A program made the position numbers and the translations under genes. Shown here one piece after another: positions 38,522 through 47,407 of a DNA stretch of 64,000 bases (position 1 is its first letter; each line of letters begins with the position of its first letter). The notes beneath the pieces were generated by a model, which was not told where the DNA came from, ran no database searches, and saw nothing but the letters and a program-made list of their open reading frames with translations. Origin of the DNA: Candidatus Giovannonibacteria bacterium RIFOXYD1_FULL_48_21 (GTDB taxonomy: Bacteria; Patescibacteriota; Minisyncoccia; JACPKW01; UBA11713); contig MFIU01000001.1 in assembly GCA_001778985.1 (NCBI GenBank), positions 126,001 through 190,000 of the forward strand, read 5' to 3'.

Positions 38522-39613
38522 ATGAAAAATTTTGATTTCCCGATTTTTAAGACAAAAACAGAAGGGGTTACGGAAAAATTTTCTCTGGAAGACCCGGTGG
38601 GGCGGCGCAAATACTTTGAAGCCAAGGCCGGGGCGGAGATAGAAAAACTTAGGGATTGGCTCTCGGGGAATAATTTCGTTGCTTTTCTTTTGGGCCCCAA
38701 AAATTCAGGCAAGGGGACATATACGAAATTATTCATGGAGGCCGTGGGTTTGGACCGAGTGGCGCATATTTCGATTGGCGATGTCGTCCGTGGCGCTCAC
38801 CAGGATTTGAGCCACGCTGCTTCCAAAAAAGAACTCGTCGAGTTTCTGAAAAAAAGATACCGCGGCGTAGTTTCCATTCAAGAAATTTGCAAGCTGATTC
38901 TCGGCTGGGGAGTTTCAACGCCGCTTTTGCCCACGGAAGCGATTTTGGCTCTGGTGGAGCGGGAAGTTTCTCGAATCGGCCGCAAGGTTATTTTCATAGA
39001 CGGCTTTCCGAGGAATCTTGACCAAATTTCACTTTCTCTTTATTTCCGAGCGCTCATCGGCTATCGCGACGACCCTGACTTTTTTGTGTTCATAGATGTT
39101 CCCGAAGCGGTGATTGACGAACGGCTGAAATTCCGCGTAATCTGTCCGCTTTGCCAAACCCCGCGCAATACGAAACTTTTACGCACGAAAGAGGTCGGCT
39201 ACGATGCGAGCAAAAAAGAGTTTTATCTTATTTGCGACAACCCAACCTGCCAGGGGTTTGGAACAGCACGGATGGTTTCGAAACAAGGAGACGAACTCGG
39301 CATTGAAGCCATTCGGGAACGGATTGAGGTTGACCGCATGGTTATGAAAACTCTCTTGGAGCTCGAAGGCGTTGACAAAATATTTCTTCGAAACAGCGTC
39401 CCGGCGGATAAAGCCGGAGAATATGTTGATGATTATGAAATAACCCCAGCTTATCTTTACGAATGGGATGAAAAACAAAAGAAAGTTTTAGTTCGAGAAG
39501 AACCCTGGACCATAAAAGACGACTCTGGAAAAGATTCATATAGCTTGTTACCGCAGCCAGTGGCCCTCGCGCTTATAAAACAACTTGCAAACAATTTATT
39601 AACAATTTATTGA
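38522..39613 (+). CDS. adenylate-kinase-family NMP kinase-like protein (long zinc-LID form with terminal extensions)
   Basis: P-loop GPKNSGKGT, FIDGFPRNLDQ (AK DGFPR motif), Zn-LID CPLC...C..C. Confidence 0.45.
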   Translation: MKNFDFPIFKTKTEGVTEKFSLEDPVGRRKYFEAKAGAEIEKLRDWLSGNNFVAFLLGPKNSGKGTYTKLFMEAVGLDRVAHISIGDVVRGAHQDLSHAASKKELVEFLKKRYRGVVSIQEICKLILGWGVSTPLLPTEAILALVEREVSRIGRKVIFIDGFPRNLDQISLSLYFRALIGYRDDPDFFVFIDVPEAVIDERLKFRVICPLCQTPRNTKLLRTKEVGYDASKKEFYLICDNPTCQGFGTARMVSKQGDELGIEAIRERIEVDRMVMKTLLELEGVDKIFLRNSVPADKAGEYVDDYEITPAYLYEWDEKQKKVLVREEPWTIKDDSGKDSYSLLPQPVALALIKQLANNLLTIY

Positions 39614-39842
39614 TACGCTTTCAACAGCGAATTCAATTACAACATAACTCCTGGACGCTGGGAACTTCACAAGCTTTTTGTGAGCGCTAGAGTGAAACTG
39701 AAGGTATCGCCAGAGCTACTACACCAAGTTATCACTCCGAAACCTCCCTATGTGCAGCCTTGCCCGTGGGCAGGCGCCGGGGACACATTATGGAGTAAAG
39801 GTAGTCTAGCAACGGCGGTGCCTTTTTGGATACAATTAGGGA

Positions 39843-40247
39843 ATGCCGGCTTTTATACCTTCCGGGAAATTTTTGTCCTGGTTTTTAATCGGCCTTCTCT
39901 TGACCCAAGGCTGGGCGTTAATCACCTCGGCCTATTTTTATATCTGGTGGCTGGATTTACTGATGCATCTCGCCGGCGGATTTTGGGCGGGCGGTCTGGG
40001 CGTTTATCTTCTCCGAGAAACTCCGCTCTCTAAATTTTTATTTTTCTTGACGGTGGTGAGTTTCGCGGCTTTAGTCGGAGTGCTGTGGGAATTTTTTGAA
40101 TTTATGACCGATCCGCTCTGGAGCATCTTGGGCCGCGAGACTTTTTTTCAAGCAGGGCTGGAAGATACTTTGGGAGATTTGTTGTCCGATCTCGTCGGCG
40201 GAGCGCTGGCCGCTATCCTTTTCCGAAAAGAAGAAAAGAAATTATAA
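39843..40247 (+). CDS. hypothetical small membrane protein
   Basis: 134 aa, 4 TM helices. Confidence 0.35.
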   Translation: MPAFIPSGKFLSWFLIGLLLTQGWALITSAYFYIWWLDLLMHLAGGFWAGGLGVYLLRETPLSKFLFFLTVVSFAALVGVLWEFFEFMTDPLWSILGRETFFQAGLEDTLGDLLSDLVGGALAAILFRKEEKKL

Positions 40248-40261
40248 TTAGGGGTAATGAA

Positions 40262-40370
40262 CCCCGTTAGAAATTCAGACGAGGCTATCATAAGATATTT
40301 TACATTGAGCAAATTCGCCTTCGGCTTTTTTAACCGCAACAAAAGTTTATTGGTAAAATTTTTAACGGGG
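40262..40370. mobile_element. MITE-like TIR element, subtype B copy 2 (109 bp, ~78% identical to copy 1)
   Basis: TIR CCCCGTTAGAAATTC / AAATTTTTAACGGGG; direct TGAA flanks (40258-61 and 40371-74); the last G plus TG form the GTG start of the downstream gene. Confidence 0.6.
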
Positions 40371-41737
40371 TGAAAATTTCTTTTTTCGGAGGAGCGCAAG
40401 AAGTGACCGGCTCCTGTTTTCTTTTCGATTCAGGCAAAACCAAGGTTTTGGTGGATTGCGGGCTTTTCCAGTGCCCGCGTTTTTGCGATATTCGTTCCAA
40501 AGAGCCCTTTCCTTTTAACCCTAAAGAAATTTCCGCGCTTTTTGTAACTCACGCCCACATCGACCATACCGGAAGGATTCCAAAACTGATTAAAGCGGGT
40601 TTTTCCGGGAAGATTTTTTCCACCCCGCCCACGAAAGAGCTTGCGGAACTGATGCTTTCCGATAGTTTGGGGGTGCTCGAAAAAGAAGCCAAGCGCCATA
40701 ATGAACCTTTGTTCTATGAAGAACGTGATATCGCCGCCGCGCTCGAGCTTTGGAAGGGAATCGATTATTATCAGAAACTTGAGATCGGCGATTTCAAAAT
40801 AAGACTGCTCGATTCCGGCCATGTTTTAGGGTCGGCCATGGTTGAGTTTGAGGTCGGCACCCGCCTGTCGGACGGGCAGGGGAAGAAAATAGTACTCACC
40901 GGAGACTTGGGAAATCCTCCCACCCCGCTTCTTCGAGATCCGGAGGAAGTGCGGGATGCCCAAGTTCTTCTCATTGAGTCTACCTACGGCAACCGCGTTC
41001 ATGAGAATCGGCCGGAGCGCAAGCTTAAGCTCGAGCGCGTCATCGAGGACACTCTTAAAGCCGGAGGGGTTCTGATGATTCCGGCTTTTTCTCTCGAGCG
41101 CACTCAAGAGCTTTTGGCCGAGATAGACGATTTGGTGCAGTTCGGCCGGATTCCCCAGGTTCCGATTTTTCTGGATTCGCCTTTGGCGATTAAAGCCACC
41201 GCCGTTTATAAAAAATACAAAAGTTATTTTAACAAAGAGGTGCACCTTAAAATCAAATCCGGAGACGACCTCTTCCGCTTTCCAGGACTTCGCTTCACGC
41301 TTACCACCGCCGAGTCAAAACAAATCAACGAGGTGCCGCCTCCGAAAATCATTATCGCGGGTTCGGGGATGTCGACCGGAGGACGGATTTTGCATCACGA
41401 ACGGCGCTATCTTTCCGACCCCAAGAGCACTCTTTTGATGGCGGGCTATCAGGCCGCGGGCTCATTGGGGAGGGTACTTCAAGACGGAGCCAGCGAGGTT
41501 ACGATTTTCGGGGAGAAAATCCCAGTGAGGGCCAGAGTTGAAACGCTTCAAGGTTATTCCGCCCATCCGGATCGGGAGCAGCTTCTGGAGTTCGTTTCCA
41601 AGAGCAAAGATTCGCTGGAGGAGGTTTTCGCGATTCAGGGCGAACCAGCGTCGTGCCTTTTCATGGTGCAGCGGATTCGGGATTATTTGGGGATTGACGC
41701 CTCGGCGCCGAAATACGGAGAAACATATGAAATATGA
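40370..41737 (+). CDS. beta-CASP family MBL-fold ribonuclease (RNase J/CPSF-like)
   Basis: VDCGLFQ, VTHAHIDHTGRIP, beta-CASP motifs; apparent GTG start created at the element junction. Confidence 0.65.
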   Translation: MKISFFGGAQEVTGSCFLFDSGKTKVLVDCGLFQCPRFCDIRSKEPFPFNPKEISALFVTHAHIDHTGRIPKLIKAGFSGKIFSTPPTKELAELMLSDSLGVLEKEAKRHNEPLFYEERDIAAALELWKGIDYYQKLEIGDFKIRLLDSGHVLGSAMVEFEVGTRLSDGQGKKIVLTGDLGNPPTPLLRDPEEVRDAQVLLIESTYGNRVHENRPERKLKLERVIEDTLKAGGVLMIPAFSLERTQELLAEIDDLVQFGRIPQVPIFLDSPLAIKATAVYKKYKSYFNKEVHLKIKSGDDLFRFPGLRFTLTTAESKQINEVPPPKIIIAGSGMSTGGRILHHERRYLSDPKSTLLMAGYQAAGSLGRVLQDGASEVTIFGEKIPVRARVETLQGYSAHPDREQLLEFVSKSKDSLEEVFAIQGEPASCLFMVQRIRDYLGIDASAPKYGETYEI

Positions 41738-41783
41738 CCCTTCAATAAGCTCAGGGTCATGGTGAGCTAAGTCGAATCCATGA
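41731..41783 (+). repeat. intergenic hairpin repeat, copy 1
   Basis: ATATGACCCTTC...CTCAGGGTCATGGTGAG.TAA.TCGAA.CCATGA; begins on the upstream stop codon. Confidence 0.5.
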
Positions 41784-41795
41784 TAAAATTATTTT

Positions 41796-42371
41796 ATGAA
41801 ACCTTCGCCGCATTCTCATCTAAAATTTAAAATCTGCGTTTCTGGCGCGGCCGAAACTGGTCATTGCGGCCCCGAAGCCCTGGAAATGGCCAAAGAGCTT
41901 GGGAGAGAAATCGCGCGTCATAAAGCCGTCTTGGTTACGGGAGCCACGACCGGCGTTCCTTTCTGGGCTTGTATCGGCGCCAAAGAAGAGGGAGGCTTTT
42001 CCATCGGACTTTCGCCGGCCCGAAACGAGAAAGAGCATATCGAAGAGTATAAACTGCCGGTGGACTATATGGACATGATTGTTTACACCGGCTTCGGCTA
42101 CGCTGGAAGGAATCTTTTGCTGACGCGCTCGGCCGATGCTGTGATTTTTGGGTGCGGCCGGATGGGAACTTTGAACGAATTTACGATTGCGTTTGAAGAC
42201 CAAAAACCAATGGGAGTTTTGGACGGCTCTTGGGAAACCGCGGATTTATTCAAAGAAGTAGTGGAAAAATCCTATCGCGGCCCGGGCAAAATTGTCTATG
42301 ATTCCGACCCGAAACGGCTTGTCGAAAAAGTGATTGAACTGATTCGCAAAGAAAAAGTGATTGAGATATGA
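41796..42371 (+). CDS. LOG/TIGR00730-like Rossmann-fold nucleotide-binding protein
   Basis: GCGRMGTLNE (GGxGTxxE) and PGGxGT-like upstream motif. Confidence 0.5.
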   Translation: MKPSPHSHLKFKICVSGAAETGHCGPEALEMAKELGREIARHKAVLVTGATTGVPFWACIGAKEEGGFSIGLSPARNEKEHIEEYKLPVDYMDMIVYTGFGYAGRNLLLTRSADAVIFGCGRMGTLNEFTIAFEDQKPMGVLDGSWETADLFKEVVEKSYRGPGKIVYDSDPKRLVEKVIELIRKEKVIEI

Positions 42372-42418
42372 CCCTTCGATTTATACTCAGGGTCATGGTG
42401 AGTAATATCGAACCATGA
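42366..42418 (+). repeat. intergenic hairpin repeat, copy 2 (~85% identical)
   Basis: same ATGACCCT...AGGGTCAT hairpin and tail; ends on the start codon of the next gene. Confidence 0.5.
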
Positions 42419-43524
42419 AGACGATTGAGGGGCTGGGGCTCTTGTTGGGAATGATTATAGGCGCAGGGCTTTTCGCCCTGCCGTATAGTTTTTTAAAATC
42501 CGGAATTTTGTGGGGCGGCTTGCTTTTTGTTTTAGTTTTTCTGATAAGCTGGCTTTTGCATTCGCTCTACGCCGCCATAATCTATATCACTCCCGGTAAA
42601 CACCGCTTCCCCGGATACATTAAATTACATCTGGGCGAGCGAGCGGAAACTCTGGCGGCGATTTTCACCTTTCTCTCTTACTACGGAGCTATGCTCGCCT
42701 ATGGCCTTTTGGGCGCGATTTTTCTCCAGACTATTTTTGGGCTTGATTTTTTATGGAGCGGAATTTTATTCTTCATCGCCGGGGGAGCGCTCTTTTTTTT
42801 GTCGCTGCGGGTGGTTGGAAAAATAAATTTCTATCTCACCCTCCCGCTTTTGGCCTTCATCCTTATTCTGGTGGTCCAATTATTTCCGGATGTGGCGAGA
42901 GAAAACTTTACCCTGCCGTCCGGCCCGGACTTTCTCCTGCCTTACGGAGTTTTTCTCTTCGCTTTCGGAGGGTACGCCGCCCTTCCGGATTTGCATGATG
43001 TTTTGGGCGCCAATCGGAGAAAACTTTCCAAAAAAATAATTTTTGCGAGCCTCGCGATTTCGGCTCTTTTTTACCTCATTTTCATTCTCGCGGTCCTGGG
43101 CGCCTCCGGCGCCCGGACTTCCCCTGACTCTTTCTCCGGGCTTCTGCCAGTCGCGGCGGGGAGCGTGGTTTTAATCGGTTCTATAATCGGAATTTTAACC
43201 GTATTTACATCGTATATCGTCTTCGGCGTCGATTTAAAACTGACTTTCCGTTACGATTACAAATTTTCAGAGGCTCATTCCTGGATTTTGGCGTTCGGAC
43301 CGCCTATTTTGCTTTTCGCTTTTGGCTTTACTGACCTGATTAAAATTTTGAGCCTCGTCGGCTCGGTCGGCCTCGGGGTTTTCGCGGTTTTTATTTTGCT
43401 GATTTCCTGGCGGGAGCGCGAAAAACTCGCGTCTTTTCTGGGTTTTGTCCCGCGGGCCTGGTGGCTTTTGCCTTTGGGAATTTTGGTTGTTCTGGGCGCC
43501 TTGCAGGATATACTTAATCTATGA
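42415..43524 (+). CDS. amino-acid permease (HAAAP/Trp-Tyr permease-like)
   Basis: 11 TM; N-terminus GLLLGMIIGAGLFALPYSF. Confidence 0.5.
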   Translation: MKTIEGLGLLLGMIIGAGLFALPYSFLKSGILWGGLLFVLVFLISWLLHSLYAAIIYITPGKHRFPGYIKLHLGERAETLAAIFTFLSYYGAMLAYGLLGAIFLQTIFGLDFLWSGILFFIAGGALFFLSLRVVGKINFYLTLPLLAFILILVVQLFPDVARENFTLPSGPDFLLPYGVFLFAFGGYAALPDLHDVLGANRRKLSKKIIFASLAISALFYLIFILAVLGASGARTSPDSFSGLLPVAAGSVVLIGSIIGILTVFTSYIVFGVDLKLTFRYDYKFSEAHSWILAFGPPILLFAFGFTDLIKILSLVGSVGLGVFAVFILLISWREREKLASFLGFVPRAWWLLPLGILVVLGALQDILNL

Positions 43525-43525
43525 A

Positions 43526-43628
43526 TCCCGTTAGAAAATCTACGAGCTTTTATATTTTAGATTCAAGCATTCTTGTTTTAGAGGGTCGGCTATGGTCAAG
43601 TCGGCCTATGGTAGATTTTCTAACGGGA
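43526..43628. mobile_element. MITE-like TIR element, subtype C (103 bp)
   Basis: TIR TCCCGTTAGAAAATCTA / TAGATTTTCTAACGGGA; direct TGAA flanks (43522-25 and 43629-32); the last A plus TG form the downstream ATG. Confidence 0.6.
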
Positions 43629-44869
43629 TGAAAATAGCGGCGGACCTTCATATCCATTCCAAATTCTCCCGGGCGGTTTCCAAGGAGATGACTTTGGAGA
43701 ATTTGGATACTTGGGCGAGAAAAAAAGGCATCAATGTTTTGGGTACAGGGGATTTCACGCATCCGCAGTGGTTTAGGGAAATAAAAGCCAAGCTTGAACC
43801 AAGCGAGGCAGGACTATACAAATTAAAGGGTTCTGATTCTGGAACGAGATTCATTCTGACGGTGGAAATTTCGAATATCTACACCAAGAATAAAAAAGGC
43901 CGAAGGGTTCATAACTTAATTTTCGTGCCGACCATCGAAGCGGCGGAGAAAATTAATGAGCGTTTGGGCTGGCAGGGGAATTTGCGCTCGGACGGCCGTC
44001 CGATTCTGGGTCTCGATTCGAAAGAACTTTTGAAAATTGTTCTCGACATTGAGCCCCGTTCGCTTTTTGTTCCGGCTCACGCCTGGACGCCTTGGTTTTC
44101 GATTTTCGGCTCCATGTCCGGTTTTGATTCCATCGAAGAATGTTTTGACGAGTATTCAAAATATATTTATGCGATTGAAACCGGGCTCTCTTCCGACCCG
44201 GCCATGAACTGGCGGCTTTCGAAGCTAGATAAAATCGCCTTGATTTCAAATTCGGACAGCCATTCCTTGGAGCGAATCGGACGGGAAGCCAATGTTTTCG
44301 ATTGCGAGCTTTCTTATGACGCGATTGTCGAGGCGATAAAATCCAAAAATCCCAAAAAGTTTCTCTATACCATCGAATTTTTTCCGGAAGAAGGAAAGTA
44401 TCACTATGATGGGCACCGGCTTTGCAATTTTTCACAAGACCCGGCCGTGACCAAAGAGAAAGGCAAAATCTGTCCAGTCTGCAAGCGGCCGATGACCATC
44501 GGAGTTTTGTACCGGGTGGAAGAGTTGGCGGATAGACCATCCGGAACAAAACCGGCCAATGCCGTCCCCTTTAAGAGTTTGGTCACGCTCGATAAAATTA
44601 TCGGCGATGCTTTGGGAGTGGGTGAGAAGTCAAAAGCCGTGCAGAGAGAATATGAAAGTTTGATTCAAAAGTTCGGAAACGAGCTCGCGGTTTTGCTTGA
44701 TGTTCGGGAATCTGATTTGAAATCCGCCACAGATTCACGAATTTCCGAAGGAATTTTGAAAGTCCGCGAAGGCAAGGTGAAAGTCACACCCGGCTATGAC
44801 GGCGAGTATGGAAAAATTTCCATTTTTAATGCCGAAGATTTAAAAGTCCCCCAAGAGAGTTTATTTTAA
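43628..44869 (+). CDS. PHP-domain protein with C-terminal zinc ribbon
   Basis: MKIAADLHIHSKFS (PHP motif I), conserved His/Asp in later motifs, CPVCKRP. Confidence 0.5.
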   Translation: MKIAADLHIHSKFSRAVSKEMTLENLDTWARKKGINVLGTGDFTHPQWFREIKAKLEPSEAGLYKLKGSDSGTRFILTVEISNIYTKNKKGRRVHNLIFVPTIEAAEKINERLGWQGNLRSDGRPILGLDSKELLKIVLDIEPRSLFVPAHAWTPWFSIFGSMSGFDSIEECFDEYSKYIYAIETGLSSDPAMNWRLSKLDKIALISNSDSHSLERIGREANVFDCELSYDAIVEAIKSKNPKKFLYTIEFFPEEGKYHYDGHRLCNFSQDPAVTKEKGKICPVCKRPMTIGVLYRVEELADRPSGTKPANAVPFKSLVTLDKIIGDALGVGEKSKAVQREYESLIQKFGNELAVLLDVRESDLKSATDSRISEGILKVREGKVKVTPGYDGEYGKISIFNAEDLKVPQESLF

Positions 44870-44873
44870 AATT

Positions 44874-45509
44874 ATGCTAAAAAAAATTTCAACCATACTT
44901 CTGATTCTGACCTGGGTGGATGTTTTGATTTTGTCGGCTTTTGGGCTTTTGTCCCCGGTTTTTGCGATTTTCGTGACTGGGCAGATCGAAGGCGGAACAG
45001 CCACGGTGGTCGGCTTCGCTACCGCGATTTATTTTATCGCTAAATCCATTTTCCAAATTCCCGTAGGCCGCTATATCGATAAACATTCCGGCGAGCGGGA
45101 CGACTTCTGGGTTTTGTTAGCCGGTTATATAGTTTTGACCGCAGTTCCCTTCCTTTATCTTTTGGCATCCTCCCCCCTTCACGTTTATTCTCTGCAGTTT
45201 TTGTTGGGAGTGGCGGATGCGCTCTCCGTCCCAGCCTACCTTGCCGTTTTCTCCAGGCACCTCGATAAAGAACATGAAGGCACGGAATGGTCTATCCGTT
45301 CGGTCTTCACCGGCGGAGCGGCTGCTGTCGCCGGCGCGGTCGGAGGAATAGTGGTGGATACTTTCGGGTTTCAAACCCTTTTCCTGGCCGCTGGAATACT
45401 TTCGGTTTTTTCCACCCTTTCCATTTTTTTGATAAAACCTTTTCTCTATGAAGAGCGGGCCAGAGCCATTCCGCCTGGGATTACCCATATTGGCTCGAGC
45501 GAAGTGTGA
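44874..45509 (+). CDS. half-size MFS-like membrane protein
   Basis: 6 TM, GRYIDKHSGER resembles MFS motif A. Confidence 0.35.
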   Translation: MLKKISTILLILTWVDVLILSAFGLLSPVFAIFVTGQIEGGTATVVGFATAIYFIAKSIFQIPVGRYIDKHSGERDDFWVLLAGYIVLTAVPFLYLLASSPLHVYSLQFLLGVADALSVPAYLAVFSRHLDKEHEGTEWSIRSVFTGGAAAVAGAVGGIVVDTFGFQTLFLAAGILSVFSTLSIFLIKPFLYEERARAIPPGITHIGSSEV

Positions 45510-47230
45510 AGAACCAAGAGATTTCCAAAATCTTTTTTGAGCTGGCCGAGCTTTACGACATGAAAGAAGCGCCGTTTAAGCCGCGCGCCTTCGAAAAAGC
45601 TTCAAGTTCTATCGCGAATCTCGAAGAAGACATAGCGGACATTTACAAAAAAGGCGGCCTTCGAGCACTCGAAAATATTCCGGGCGTGGGCAGGGGAATC
45701 GCCGAACGGATTGAAGAATATTTGAAAACCGGCCGAATCAAAGAATATCAGCGTCTCAAGCGAGATTTCCCGGTGGACATCGCCGAATTGTCTTCCATTG
45801 AGGGGATTGGGCCTAAACTTATCAAGGTTTTATATACCAGATTAAGGATTAAAAATATATCTGACTTGGAAAAAGCCGTAAAGCAGGGGAAATTGCGCCA
45901 CCTTCCCAGGATGGGCGAAAAGCTAGAGGCCAAGATTATGAAAGGAATTGAGTTTAAAAAAGAAGGCGGAGGCAGGTTCGCCTTGGGGGAAATTTTGCCG
46001 TTCGCGCGCGAAATTAAAGCTCGACTCTTAAAGCTGAAGGGCGTGGAGGCCGTAGAGATTGCAGGTTCTTTGAGGAGATGGCAGGAGACTATTGGGGATG
46101 TGGATATACTCGCCATTTCAGAAGACCCGCCCAAAACCTGCGATTATTTTGCGAAAATGCCAGAGGTTGGACATGTCTACGCTCACGGCGATACCAAGGT
46201 GCTGGTTAGACTAAAAATGGGAATTGATGCCGACTTGCGGGTGGTGCCTAAAGAATCTTTTGGCGCGGCCCTCCAATATTTCACCGGCAACAAAGACCAC
46301 AACGTTGAAGTCCGGAAAATAGCGATTAAAAAAGGATACAAGTTAAATGAATACGGATTGTTTAAGGGTAAAAAAATAATCGCGGCCCGGAGCGAAGAAG
46401 AAATTTACGAAAAACTCGGAATGGAAACCCCGCCTCCCGAGATTAGATTAAACGACGGAGAAATAGAAGCCGCGCTTAAACATCAACTTCCCAAATTAAT
46501 TGGCTATGACGATTTGAAGGGGGATTTGCAAACGCAGTCGGACTGGACCGATGGCTCGAATTCCATTGAGGAGCTCGCTCGAGAAGCGGAAAAGATGGGC
46601 CATGAGTATATCGCGATTACCGACCATACCAAATCATTGGCGATGACCGGCGGTTCGGATGAAAAAAAACTTCTGCGCCAAATGGCGGAAATAGACAAGA
46701 TTCAGAAAAAATTTTCAAAAATAAAAATTTTGAAGAGTGCAGAAGTTAATATTATGAAAAATGGCTCTTTGGATATCGCGAACGAAGTTTTGGCGAAATT
46801 GGACGTGGTAGGGGCGGCCGTGCATTCGCTTTTTAATCTTTCAAGAAACGAGCAGACCGCGCGCATTATTCGCGCCATGGGAAACCCCCATTTGGATATT
46901 CTTTTTCATCCTACCGGCCGGATAATCAACCGCAGAAAACCTTATGATGTCGATATTGAAGCCGTAATTAAAGCCGCGAAGCGCACCGGGACTATTCTGG
47001 AAATAGACGCTCATCCCTGGCGCCTGGATTTAAAAGATGAACATATTAAAATGTCGCGCGAAGCCGGAGTGAAAATGGTTATAGACACAGACGCTCACTC
47101 CGTTCCCGAGCTTCATTATCTTGAATACGGCATCGCCCAAGCGCGGCGCGGTTGGTGCGCTAAAAAAGATATTATAAATACCCTCCCCCTGAAGGAGTTT
47201 TTGAAAGCACTGAAAAAAGTCCGAAAATAA
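45506..47230 (+). CDS. polX: family X DNA polymerase with C-terminal PHP domain
   Basis: HhH N-terminus, Pol beta-like palm, PHP His motifs. Confidence 0.8.
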   Translation: MKNQEISKIFFELAELYDMKEAPFKPRAFEKASSSIANLEEDIADIYKKGGLRALENIPGVGRGIAERIEEYLKTGRIKEYQRLKRDFPVDIAELSSIEGIGPKLIKVLYTRLRIKNISDLEKAVKQGKLRHLPRMGEKLEAKIMKGIEFKKEGGGRFALGEILPFAREIKARLLKLKGVEAVEIAGSLRRWQETIGDVDILAISEDPPKTCDYFAKMPEVGHVYAHGDTKVLVRLKMGIDADLRVVPKESFGAALQYFTGNKDHNVEVRKIAIKKGYKLNEYGLFKGKKIIAARSEEEIYEKLGMETPPPEIRLNDGEIEAALKHQLPKLIGYDDLKGDLQTQSDWTDGSNSIEELAREAEKMGHEYIAITDHTKSLAMTGGSDEKKLLRQMAEIDKIQKKFSKIKILKSAEVNIMKNGSLDIANEVLAKLDVVGAAVHSLFNLSRNEQTARIIRAMGNPHLDILFHPTGRIINRRKPYDVDIEAVIKAAKRTGTILEIDAHPWRLDLKDEHIKMSREAGVKMVIDTDAHSVPELHYLEYGIAQARRGWCAKKDIINTLPLKEFLKALKKVRK

Positions 47231-47257
47231 GGGCTTTTTTAACTTCTCCGTGGGCTT

Positions 47258-47286
47258 GACTTTTTTATTGTTTGGATGTTTAATTG
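47258..47286 (+). promoter_or_regulatory. sigma70-like promoter upstream of the DGR target gene
   Basis: TTGACT - 17 nt - TTTAAT. Confidence 0.4.
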
Positions 47287-47407
47287 TCATTAAAGCTGGA
47301 AATGTAGGGCTGTCTTACATTTTCGAAGCTGTGGTCCTTTAACTCACCTCTGCGAAAAAGGCTATTCGCAGAAGGTTATGCTCCCAATGGGAAGCGAAGG
47401 AGGTTTT

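Noticed and set aside
20986-43628. TIR elements as integron attC sites (conserved inverted cores with variable centres)
   Set aside because: The core sequences (GTTAGAA/TTCTAAC) are in the opposite arrangement to R''/R' (RYYYAAC...GTTRRRY) and do not match the consensus. No intI is present, and the flanked units include core r-protein genes.
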